NCBI GenBank assembly: GCA_028826165.1
Contig: JAPDFW010000033.1
Span: 710,987 to 774,986, forward strand
Direction: 5' to 3'
From: Anaeramoeba ignava BMAN
Lineage: Eukaryota > Protista > Anaeramoebae
Length of the DNA: 64,000 nt
In this document: positions 11,451 through 23,338 of the stretch, piece by piece
Numbering within the stretch: the stretch's first letter is position 1
Layout: every line of letters begins with the position of its first letter
Translations under genes and position numbers: made by a program
The notes under the pieces: generated by a model
The model's input: the letters and a program-made list of their open reading frames with translations, nothing else
The model's database searches: none
Told to the model about the DNA's origin: nothing

Positions 11451-13221
11451 TTAATTTTGATTTTGATTATTAAATTTTTTAATTAATAAATCAAATAAAT
11501 TTGGATATGTTTCATTTAATTGAAAATAATCAATTCCAATTTGAATTTCATTAATTATTTCTTGTGTAATTTGAATTTCATCTTTAATTTGATTTGAATA
11601 AATCCAATATTCTAATATTTGAAATGATTTATTACTTAATTCACTATAATCTGTAACTTTATTAGAAGTATCTTCTGTTACAGATAAAAACATTCCTCGA
11701 TATAATTCACTTCTCATTATTAATATTAATTTTGGAAATTTATATTTCTTTTCTTTTCTTTCAATAATAAAATCTTTTTCATTTTCATTTAAATAAATTC
11801 TTTTCATTGTTTCTTCAATTTTTTCATTTGAATTTATAATTTCTTTAATTTCTGAATATAATTTTGGATTTATATTGGAATTATTTGAATAAATCATTTC
11901 AAATATTTGATTTGATTCTTTAATTGATTTATTTGAAATAATTTCTTGAAGTTTTTCAATTTCATTTTCATTTTGATTTAATCTATATTTTAATATTAAT
12001 TTATGAGCTTCAATTATTTCTCCATTTTTGGTTTTAAATGAAATATCACAAAATTCTTTTCTTCTAAATAATTTTATCAAATCTTCTTCAAGATTGGAAA
12101 AAGAAAAAGGATAATAATAAAGAAATGATTTGTTATATCCACAAGAAATATGATAATTAGAAATATCTTCATTAAATCTTAATTTAGGAAGTTCAATTTG
12201 AATTGGAATTAATTGCCATTTTGTATCTCCATTTCCTAATTGACCATATTCATTATATCCAAATCCAATCAGTTTCCCTTTGGAAGTTAAAATCAAAGTA
12301 TGTTCATATCCAACAGAAATTTCAAGAATATTATCATCATTTTCAAATAAAGATGATTTGATTTCAGTAAATTCATAAGTATCTTCATTTTTGCCAAGTC
12401 CATTAAGAAAATAACTTCCACATGAATAAAGTTTTCTTTTTGGGTTTTGATTTTGATTTTGATTTTCAATCAACATTATTGAATGAGCAAGTCCACATTT
12501 AATATCAATTATTTTACCTTTTGGAATATTTTGAATTTTGGTTAATTTTTGGATTTTTGATTCTTTTCTTGGTTCTCCTAATCCAATTTGACTATATTGA
12601 TTCCATCCGCATCCAAATAATTCTTGATTTGAATTTAAAAGAAAAACATGATTTGAAGAATTTCCTGAAAATATTTTAGAAACATTTTTCATCATTAAAA
12701 TTGGTTTTTCTGTTTTTAAGTGTTTTAGAATCAAAACCAAGTTGACCATAATCATTTGAACCAATTCCATAAGCATTTTGATTTGAAGTTAATAAGTAAA
12801 CTGAATTGTATCCAGAAACAATATCTTGAATTATTCTATCATTTTTATCTTCAATTAATGATGAAATATTGATAAATTCTTTTGAATTTTTTGGATTAAT
12901 ATCTTTTCCTTTTGCAAATACATTTCCTTCTTTTGTTAAAATAGCTTCGTTTTCATAACCAACAGTTACTTTTTGAATATTTTCTTCAATTTGGATTCTT
13001 TTTGGATTTGAATATCTTAAATATTCTATTGCTTTTCCATTTTCAAAAAGGAAAATTGTTGCAAAGCCTCCTGATGCAATTTGTTTAATTTGTTTTTCAT
13101 TTTCATTTTCATTTTCATTTTCATTTTCAAATTTAAATTGAATTGGTTTTGTTATTTGATATAGTTCATTTTCGATAAGTTTTGGATATTGATTTGAACC
13201 AAAAAATAAAATTTCATTCAT
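11451..13221 (-). CDS. RCC1-repeat + tandem BTB protein (array A, copy 3; frameshift near 12715)
   Basis: ORFs 12676-13221 and 11451-12776 join across an A-run (DSKTLK|TEKPILMM) to give a full paralogue. Confidence 0.85.
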
Positions 13222-13282
13222 TTTTAAAAAGAAAAAAATGAATTTTCATTTTTCATTTTTTTTTTCATTTTTTTTATTTAAA

Positions 13283-14704
13283 ATGGAAAATTATTTAAAT
13301 TTAAAAAAACTTTCAAATGATTTAAAAAATTTATTTCAAAATCAAAATCAAGATGAAAATTATTTTGATTTTGAAATAATTTGTGAACAAAATCAAACTT
13401 CATTTAAAACTCATAAATCAATTCTTTCTTCAAGAAGTCATTATTTTAAATCTCTTTTTAATTCAAAAATGAAAGAATATCAAGAAAATAAATTAATTCT
13501 AAAAGATGTTTCAAGTTCAATTCTATTTTCAATTTTGAATTATCTTTATTCAGGAAAAATTGAAATTAATTTAGAAAATGCAATTCAAATTTTAATTTTT
13601 TCATCAAAATATTTAATTGATGAATTAATTGAAATTTCATCAAAATTTATCAAAAAGAATTTACAATTTGAAACTATTGTTGATGTTCTTAAATTATCTG
13701 AATCAATGAATTTTAATGAATTATTAGATTTTTCTTATCAATTTATTTTCAAAAATTTTGAAGAATTTATCAAAACTTCATTTTTTCTTGAACTTGAAGA
13801 AAATCATTTAAATTTAATATTATCAAATGATGAAATTTTAATAAATGAATTTGAACTATTTCAAACAATAATAAAATGGGGAAAACATAAATCAAATATT
13901 AATCAAATTTCAAATGTTATTCAAAAAATAAGATTTATCAATTTTTCAAATAAAAAACTTGAAGATACTTTGAAAGAAGATTTAATTCCAAATCAAATTT
14001 CACAAAAATTAATTCAATTCCAAAAACTTCAAAGAAATAAAAAAGAATTAAAACAATTTATTGAAAAAGAAAATCAAAATTCATTAATTTTCAAATCAAG
14101 ATTTAGATTTAAATTTAAATCCAGAATTATTAAAGAAAATGAATATTTCAAGAAATTAAGAGAATGGATAAATGATGATGAATTCTTTTCCAAAATGAAA
14201 AAAGGATTTTCAGCAAAAAAAGATGGATTTGATTCCAAAATTTTTCATAAAAAAGCTGATAATAAAGGAAAAACATTAGTTATTATCAAAACAAAAGATA
14301 ATTTTATTTTTGGAGGATTTACTTCAGTTGGATTTACAAATGATAAATCAAAATGGAGAAAAGAAGATCAAAGAAGAAAAGTAGATGGATATATTATTGA
14401 TCCAAATGCATTTATTTTTTCATTAAGAAATGATAAAAATGATAGAAAACCAGAGAAATTTCCAATTAAAAAAGATCATGAAGAAAATGCAATTTGGTTT
14501 GATTTAGATCAAGGCCCACATTTTGGATTTATGTATCCTGGAGATTTTTGTTTAGATTCAAATCTAAAAACTGGTCGTTCAAATTTTGGTATTAGTTATC
14601 ATCTTCTTAATGGAATTAAATATGATACAGATGAAGCTAAAAGTTATTTAGCTGGTTCTTATAATAAATGGAAAGTCGATGAACTTGAAACTTTTTTCAT
14701 TTAA
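13283..14704 (+). CDS. BTB-BACK-TLDc domain protein
   Basis: Likely start ATG at 13283 (MENYLN). BTB FKTHKSILSSRSHYFKSLFNSKMKE; BACK region (FLELEENHLNLILSND...EFELFQTIIKWG); TLDc (KDGFDSKIFHKKADNKGKTLVIIKT...IFGGFT...WKVDELETF). Confidence 0.9.
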   Translation: MENYLNLKKLSNDLKNLFQNQNQDENYFDFEIICEQNQTSFKTHKSILSSRSHYFKSLFNSKMKEYQENKLILKDVSSSILFSILNYLYSGKIEINLENAIQILIFSSKYLIDELIEISSKFIKKNLQFETIVDVLKLSESMNFNELLDFSYQFIFKNFEEFIKTSFFLELEENHLNLILSNDEILINEFELFQTIIKWGKHKSNINQISNVIQKIRFINFSNKKLEDTLKEDLIPNQISQKLIQFQKLQRNKKELKQFIEKENQNSLIFKSRFRFKFKSRIIKENEYFKKLREWINDDEFFSKMKKGFSAKKDGFDSKIFHKKADNKGKTLVIIKTKDNFIFGGFTSVGFTNDKSKWRKEDQRRKVDGYIIDPNAFIFSLRNDKNDRKPEKFPIKKDHEENAIWFDLDQGPHFGFMYPGDFCLDSNLKTGRSNFGISYHLLNGIKYDTDEAKSYLAGSYNKWKVDELETFFI

Positions 14705-14848
14705 TTTTCATTTAAAAAAATTTATTTTTGATTTTTTTTTTGATTTTTTAATTATTGGAAGTTTTTTGAAATGAAAAAATGGAAAGAAAAAAAAGAAAAT
14801 CCAATTTTTTCTTTCCATTTAAAAAAGAAATTGTTTGTTTGATTTTGG

Positions 14849-17800
14849 TTAATTCAAATTGATATTTTCTTGAATTGTTTTTCTTTTGAGTTCTTTTTTC
14901 TTGGTTTCCAAAACTAAATCAATTATTGAATTTGGATTTAATTGAAAATAATCTTTTAAATCCTCAAGTTCATGAATAATTTTTTGATTAAGTTCTTTTG
15001 TTTCATCAAATTCATCGTGATAAAGAAAATAGATTAATTGATTCAATGCTTGAAAAGATTTTCCACTTTGATCACGAACTTCTTTTGATTGGTCTTTGAC
15101 ATTCAAGAACATTCCTTTAAATAATCTGCTTCTTATGATTAAAATTAATTTATGAACTTTAATTGCATTTTGATTTTCATTTTGATTTTGATTTTCATCT
15201 TCAATTTGAATTTCATTTTGATTTTCTTGACCAATTATTGTGAAATCCTTTGAATCATTTTCATCTTGGAATAAATGATGAAAATCTTGGAGTATTCCCT
15301 TTCTTCCCTTTTTGGTTTTAATCCAATTTGAGTCTAATCCAGTTTCTTCAAAGATAATTTCCATTCTCTCTTGTTTTTCAATTAAATCAAGAGCTTCCTC
15401 TTCTTTTTTGGTTTTTGAGATTGGATTTTTGAAAATGTATTTTTGTTGGTAAAATTTCTTAAAATCAAGAAATCCAGTGTATAGAAAATTCAAGGCAAAT
15501 TGGACGTCTTCTTGAGGCTTTTCCTTGCAAATATCAATGAATTTTTGCAATTTTTTGCTCTTCGTTATTGAATCTTGTTAAAAGAATCATTTTGTGAGCT
15601 TGAAATTTGGAATCATCTTTGGATTCAATTTCCAAATCGGAAAAAATATGAGATTTTAATAAACGATTCATATCTTGATTGATTGCATAAATTTGAGTGA
15701 ACAAAGGAATGAATTTCTCAATATTTGGATGATTTGAATCAAAAAGATTTGCATCATTCATCAAAAAAAAGTGGATCACTTCTTGATCATATCTTTTTTG
15801 GATCGAAAGTGAAAGAGGAGTTTCTTGTTTTGAATTTTTTGCGTGAATATTTGCGTTTTTGGAAAAAAGAAACTTGATCAACGGAAAAGGTTCTTTTTGT
15901 TGGCAAGCGAAATGCAATGGAGTTTCGTTTTTCTTGTTTTTTGAGTTGATACCGATTCCTTTATCAATGAGAAACTGCGCAATTTCGATTGAGTTGTATT
16001 GATTTTGACAAGCAAAATGCAAAGTTGTATCATTTTCCTTTGTTTTTGAGTTGACATCAGCTTTTTTCTCAATTAAATACTTGACGGAATCAAGTGTGTT
16101 GTATCGGCAAACAAAATGCAATGGCTGGATCTCATCGTTGTTTTGCGCTATTGGATCTGCGCCTTTTTCGATGAGAATTTTCATGGTTTCAAGTGAGTCC
16201 TGATGCTGTGAAGCAAAATGCAATGGTGTTGACTTGAGATTTGTTTTGGAATTAACATTTGCCTTTTTGGATACTAAAAATTTAACAACCTCAAGTGAAT
16301 TTTCCTGTTGACAAGCAAAATGCAAAGGTTGGAATTTGTATTTATCTTTCGCATTGATTTCTGCTCCTTTTTCAATAAGAAATTTCACTACTTCAAGTGG
16401 ATTTTGTTGTTGACAGGCAAAATGAAGAGGTGTTTCTTGGTTTTTTTCTTTTGCGTTAACATTTGCCTTTTTGGATACTAAAAATTTAACAACCTCAAGT
16501 GAGTCCTGATGCTGTGAAGCAAAATGCAAAGGTGTTTGAGCGAGTTTTGTTTTGGGATTAACATTTGCCTTTTTGGATACTAAAAATTTAACAACTTCAA
16601 GTGAGTTTTGGTATTGACAAGCAAAATGCAAAGGTGTTTCTTCTTCTTTTGTTTTGGCGTTAATGTCCGTCTTTTTGGAAACAAGAAACTCAATGATATC
16701 AAGTGCATCTTCCTGTTGGCAGGCAAAATGCAAAGGGGTTTCCAACTTGATATTTTTTGCATTCACATCAGCTCCTTTTGAAACGAGAAATTTGACAATT
16801 TCAAGTGAATTTTGAGGGTTTTGGCAAACAAAATGCAAAGGGGTATCCTGGTTCTTGTTTCTTGAGTTGATGTCTGCTTTTTTCTCAATAAAAAACTTGA
16901 TCAATTCGAGCGGATTCTGTTTTTGGCAAGCAAAATGTAATGGAGTTTCTTCTTCATTAGTTTTTGTGTTCATTTCCGCTCCCTTTTCAACAAGAAACTG
17001 AACAACATCAAACGAATATTGATATTTGCATGCATAATGAAACGGGGTTTCTTTTCTCTTGTTTTGGGCGTTAATGTCTGCTTTTTTCTTAATCAAAAAT
17101 TTTATCACATCAAACGAATTTTTTTGCTGATTTCGACAGGCAAAATGCAAAATGGATTCATCTTCATTTGTTTTTGCCTTCAAATCGGCTCCTTTTCCGA
17201 TTAAGTATTTGATAATCCCGAGCGAATTTTGATACTCACAAGCATAATGCAAAGGTGTTTTTGATTTCAACGCTTTTTCGTTGATTTCAAGTCCGTTTTG
17301 GACGAGAAATTTGACAATTTGGATCGAGTTTTGCTGCTGATTTTGACAAGCAAAATGAAGTGCTGTTTCTTCGTTTTTTGTTTCTGCATTTAAATCGGCT
17401 CCTTTCTCAATGAGATATTGAACAACCTCGAGGGAATTGCACTGGCAAGCGAAATGGAAGGGTTTTTTTTTCCAATAAGTTTCCGGATTGATTTGGAACT
17501 CTTTTTCAATGAAGAATTTAACAACATCAAGTGTGTTTTGATGACAAGCAAAATGGAGAGCTGTTTTCTCCAATTCTGCGCGTGCGTTGATGTCGTGCTT
17601 CTTGCGTATTAAATATTGGATCACTTCCAGGGTATTATTCTGGCACGCCAAATGGAACGGCGTTTCTTCATTTGTAGTTTTCTCATTGATATCAATTCCC
17701 TCTTTTACAACAAATTTAATCACTTCAATCGAGTTTTTCTGGCACGCATAATGCAAGCATGTTTTGTTCTGTTTTGTTGCAATGCGGAGATCGCCTCCTT

Positions 17801-19469
17801 TTGAGACTAAATACTCGATGATCTCCAGCGAATTTGTGTTGCATGCCAGATGCAATGGTGTTTCTCCGATTGAGTTCTTGTCATTTGGATCAAGTCCTTT
17901 TTCCGTTAATAATTTGATAATTTCAATCGAGTTTTTCTGTTTGCATGCATAATGCAGAAGTGTTTCTTCGCTGGTGTTCTTGGTCTTGATGTTTGCTCCT
18001 TTTTCCACAATTAATTGAATCATTTCAAGTGAGTTTTTTTCGCATGCAAAATGAAGAGCGGTTTTTTCTTGGTCGGTTTTTGCATTTATATCGCCTGCGC
18101 TATTGATCAAAAATTGGATCGGATCAAGTGTATTTTGGTGCATGCAAGCAATATGCAAAGGGGTTTGTTTGTGGTGATTTTTCACATTAATATCCGCTCC
18201 TCTCAAAACAAGAAACTTGATCATATCAACCGATTCTTCGTTTTGACAAACAAAATGCAGCGCTGTTTGCCCGAATTTGTTCTGTGCATTCAAATCAATT
18301 CGTTTCTGAATAAGAAGCTGTATTGTCTCAAGCGAATTGTTGTTTTGGCATGCAAAATGAAGCGCTGTTTCCTCAAATTTGTTTTTTGCGTTCAAATCAG
18401 CTTCCTTTTCAATCAGAAACTGAATCACTTCAAGCGAGTTATTTTGGCACGCAAAATGCAAAGGTGTTTTGTTATATTTTGTTCTTGCATTGATTTCTGC
18501 TCCCTTTTCAATTAAAAATCTAATGATTTCAAGCGAATTGTTCCAACAAGCAAAATGCAGAGGTGTTTTTTTATCGCTTGTTTGCGAATTTATATCGAAT
18601 CCTTTTTCAATTAAAAATTGGATCACCTCAATTGAATTATTCGCTTGACAAGCAAAATGCAACGCATCTTTGTTTGTCTTTGTTTTTGCGTTTAAATCAA
18701 GTCCTTTCTCAATCAAGAACTGAAGAACTTCGACCGAATTGCTTTGACAAGCAAAATGTAACGGTGTTTCTTCAAATTTGTTTTTTGCGTTTAAATCAAG
18801 CTCCTTTCCAATTAAAAACCTAATGATTTCAAGCGAATTGCTTTGGCAGGCATAATGCAGAGATGTCTGCTCATATTTATTTTTCTCACTCAAATCAAGT
18901 CCTTTTTCCATCAAAAATTGAATCACTTGAACCGAGTTATTTTGACAAGCAAAATGCAAATTAGTTTTATTCCACTTTGTTTTTGCATTTAAATCAAGTC
19001 CTTTTTCCATCAAAAACTGAATGGTTTCAAGTGTTTTGTATTGACAAGCAAAATGCAACGCTGTTTCATTATCAATTGTTTTTGCATGAATATCGGCTCC
19101 TTTTTCAATCAAAAATTGAATGCAGTGATTTTTGTCTTCTGAATCCAAATAAATCATTGCATAATGAAGAGGTGTTTTGTTTTCTTGATCTTGGGCATTG
19201 ATTTCAACACCGTTTTCAACTAAAATATTCATCACCTCAATTCCTATATTGTTCATAATTGCCACATGCATCGAATTTCTTTTTGATTTATCAACTGAAT
19301 TTGGATTTGCTTTTTTTTTAATAAGAATTTGAATCATTTCTTTTGATACTTTTTTCTCAATTGCAAAATTTAAAATTGGCTTTCCGTTTTTTTTCATGTC
19401 TTTTTCCTTAATTTCCAATTTATTTAGAGACTCAATTTCATTTTTTTCAACAATTTGAAAAAGATCCAT
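14849..19469 (-). CDS. Long ankyrin-repeat (~35 repeats) + tandem BTB protein (frameshift near 15550)
   Basis: Repeated TPLHFACQ...LEVVKFLVxKGADINAK. First BTB FSDLEI...FQAHKMILLTR. The second ORF continues ALNFLYTG...KVHKLILIIRSRLFKGMFLNV, and the two ORFs overlap at an A-run. Confidence 0.88.
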
Positions 19470-19573
19470 TTTAAACTTAAAAATGAAAAAAAATGAAAAA
19501 AAATGAAAAAATTTTTTTTATTCAAAACAAAACAAAAAAAAATAATCAAAATGAATAAATTTTTTTCTTTTTT

Positions 19574-22500
19574 TTAAACCATATCAAGTTCTTCTAAAAC
19601 ATTTGATAAAGCTGTATCCTTAACACATTTAAAAACTCTATCAATATTTTTTGTATTAACAGCACAAGTTTTAAATGCATAAATTTGTCTTGTTGGATGA
19701 GAACTTTGTGAAGAAATTGTATGAAATTTTTCTTCAATAAATTTTGAAGCTTTTTTATAATCTTTTCCTCCTTTTTTAATTTTTCAATTTTAAATTTTTT
19801 CATTTTAAATTTTTTCATTTTAAATTTTTCTTGATTAATTTAATAAAAAACCTTGATAATCTGGAAAAAATATTGATATATCATTTTCTTCAATTTTTTT
19901 CTTGAAAAGATCTTTTTTATTTAAAAATAAAATTACTGAAGCTTTTGCAAACCAAGTACTTGAACAAATTTCAGAAAAAATGTTAAAAGCTTCCTTTTTT
20001 TTTTTCAAAATTTAAATTTTTAAATTCAAAAAATTTTTCAAAATTAAAATTTATAAATTAACCTCCATTCTATTAACAGAAGAATCTTCTCTTAAACTTT
20101 GATCAAATCCTATTAAAGAGCAACAAAAAAGAACAGAAGTAACACCTTCGAATGAATGAATCCTAAATCATCAAATCAAAATTAAATCAAATTAAATCAA
20201 AATTAAAATTAAATCAAAATTAAATTTAAAATTAAATCAATATTAAATATTAAATCAAAATTAAATCAATATTAAATCAAAATTAAATCAAAATTAAATT
20301 AAAATTAAATCAAAATTAAAATTAAAATTAAAATCAATATTAAATCAAAATTAAATCAATATTAAATCAAAATTAAATCAAATTAAATCAAAATTAAAAT
20401 TAAAATTAAATCAATATTTAATCAATATTAAATCAATATTAAATCAATATTAAATCAAAATTAAATCAAAATTAAATCAATATTAAATCAATATTAAATC
20501 AAAATTAAATCAAAATTAAATCAAAATTAAATCAAAATTAAATCAATATTAAATCAATATTAAATCAAAATTAAATCAAAATTAAATCAAAATTAAATCA
20601 AAATTAAATCAAAATTAAATCAATATTAAATCAATATTAAATCAAAATTAAATCAAAATTAAATCAAAATTAAATCAATATTAAATCAAAATTAAATCAA
20701 TATTAAATCAATATTAAATCAATATTAAATCAAAATTAAATTAATATTAAATCAATATTAAATCAAAATCAATATTAAATCAAAATTAAATCAAATCAAT
20801 ATTAAATCAATATTAAATCAAAATTAAATCAAAATTAAATCAAAATTAAATCAATATTAAATCAATATTAAATCAAAATTAAATCAAAATTAAATCAATA
20901 TTAAATCAATATTAAATCAAAATTAAATCAAAATTAAATCAAAATTAAATCAATATTAAATCAATATTAAATCAAAATTAAATCAAAATTAAATCAAAAT
21001 TAAATCAAAATTAAATCAATATTATATCAAAATTAAATCAATATTAAATCAAAATTAAATCAAAATTAAATCAAAATTAAATCAATATTAAATCAAAATT
21101 AAATCAATATTAAATCAATATTAAATTAATATTAAATCAAAATTAAATCAATATTTAATTAAAATTAAATCAATATTTAATCAAATTTAATAACCATTTT
21201 CTTCTTTCATTCCTTTGTCCACCAACATCAACCATAACAAAATGAAGTCCATTAACAGTAAATTCTGCTTCTTCAATTCCTGTTGTTTTAACTCTAACAC
21301 GAAGAATATCTTCTGTATTTGGTTGATAATCTTCTTCACAAAATCTCATTACATTATTGAAAAAACTTTTTATTTCAAGAATTTAATTATTTTTTCATTG
21401 ATTTTTAATTAATAATAATTGTTTTATTATTTTTCTTTTACTATTCAGCTGAATCATTAATTTGAAATTTTTTATCTCTTAATTTATAAACTTGTTGAAT
21501 TCCTGGATCATGCCATAAATCATTTATCATTGATGCAATTTCGTGAGTTAAAGAATCACAATTTAAAATAGATTTAATTTGAGAAGCAAAATCCTTTTTT
21601 TTTTCATTTAAATATTTAGTCCAATATTTAATATTTAATATTTTATATTTAATATTTAATATTTAATCCAATATTTAATATTTAATATTTAATATTTAAT
21701 TTTTATTCCAATATTTAATATTTAATATTTTATATCTAATATTTAATCCAATAATTAATATTTAATATTTAATATTTAATATTTAATATTTAATATTTAA
21801 TATTTAATCCAATATTTAATATTTAATATTTAATATTTAATTTAATATTTAATATTTAATTTAATATTTAATATTTAATTTAATATTTAATATTTAATTT
21901 AATATTTAATATTTAATATTTAATCCAATATTTATTATTTATTATTTAATATTTAATATTTAATATTTAATATTTAATATAATATTTAATATTTAATATT
22001 TAATATTTAATATTTAATATAATATTTAATATTTAATTTAATATTTAATTTAATATTTAATATATTTAATATTTAATTTAATATTTAATATTTAATATTT
22101 AATTTAATATTTAATTTAATATTTAATTTAATATTTAATATTTAATATAACATTTAAATATTTAATCCAATATTTAATATTTAATTTAATATTTAATATT
22201 TAATATAATATTTAATATAATATTTAATATATAATATTTAATATTTAATATTTAATATTTAATCCAATATTTAATATAAGTTTGTATTAAATTTATTAAA
22301 AGGATTCTAATAAAACTACTTCATGTTCAATTGGAATTCCAAGTTTATCTGCTGCTTTTATTAATAATTGCATTTCAGAAACACAATTTCGAGGAATAGA
22401 TATTTTCACTTTTTCTTGATCTTTTGAATCAAATTGACCATCTTGAAGAATTTTCATTTGTTTAAAAATAGTACTTTTTCCTGATTCTCCAGCTCCTAAA

Positions 22501-22769
22501 GAAAATTACAACAAAGAAAATTACAAAAAAGAAAATTTTAAAGAGAAAATTTAAAGAGAAAATTTAAAGAGAAAATTTAAAGAGATAACAAAATAATTTG
22601 AATTTTTTGGTTTATCTCATTCATTCTATTTTTTTTTACCTAATAATAATATTTTGGTTTCTCTTTCAATTTTAACTTTATGTTTTTTTAAAATAAATTC
22701 AATTTCTTTTGTTCTTCTCTTTGCTTCTTTTTCTTCTTTTGTTAATAATGAAGAATTAGCACATCCCAT
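19574..22769 (-). CDS. Heterotrimeric G-protein alpha subunit, 7 exons, 355 aa
   Basis: Exons 22769-22640, 22495-22320, 21593-21442, 21365-21195, 20162-20063, 19993-19852 and 19770-19574 splice in frame through GT-AG introns. Motifs: MGC (myristoyl/palmitoyl), GAGESGKST, RVKTTG, DVGGQR, NKKD, TCA. Confidence 0.95.
20165..21190. repeat. Intronic 11-bp minisatellite (ATTAAATCAAW)n filling a ~1 kb G-alpha intron
   Basis: Alternating ATTAAATCAAA and ATTAAATCAAT units. Confidence 0.9.
21610..22280. repeat. Intronic 7-bp microsatellite (TTTAATA)n in a G-alpha intron
   Basis: Direct reading of the sequence. Confidence 0.85.
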
Positions 22770-23338
22770 TGATTTATTTATTTTATTTATTGATTTTTAA
22801 ATTGAAAAAAATGAGAAAAAAAATGAGAAAAAATGAAAAAAAAAATTTTTCGAATTTTTTATTTTAATTTAAATTTTAATTTTAATTTTAATTTTAATTT
22901 TAATTTTAATTTTAATTTAAATTTTATTTTAAAAAATTTTCAATAAGAAATTTTAATTTTAATTCTAATTCTAATTTTAATTTTAATTTTAATTTTAATT
23001 TTAATTTTAATTTTAATTTCAATTTTAATTTCAATTTTAATTTTAATTTGAATTTTGATTTTAATTTTAATTTTAATTTTAATTTTAATTTTAATTTTAA
23101 TTTTAATTTTAATTTTAATTCTAATTTTAATTTTGGATTTGAAAAGAAAAAAAGAAATTCAACAAACAATAAAAATTTTTTAACAACTCATTATTACAAC
23201 AAACATTCATCTTCCCTTTTGCTTTATCAAAAAGCAAAATAAAAAAGAAAATAAAAAAGGAAAAAAAAACATTTTTCATTTTTCATTTTTTTTAATTATT
23301 ATTTTTATTATTAATAATTTTTAGTTTACAAAATAAAA

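Noticed and set aside
15878-19201. Multiple short plus-strand ORFs opposite the ankyrin gene
   Set aside because: They are antisense shadows of the repetitive, GC-richer ankyrin coding sequence and carry no recognisable motifs.
20165-21190. Satellite as a telomeric or centromeric repeat
   Set aside because: It lies exactly inside a GT-AG intron of an intact gene and has no G-rich telomeric character.
3120-22769. Phosducin-like and G-alpha genes as a functional G-protein cluster
   Set aside because: They are ~15 kb apart with unrelated genes between them, so chance proximity is sufficient.
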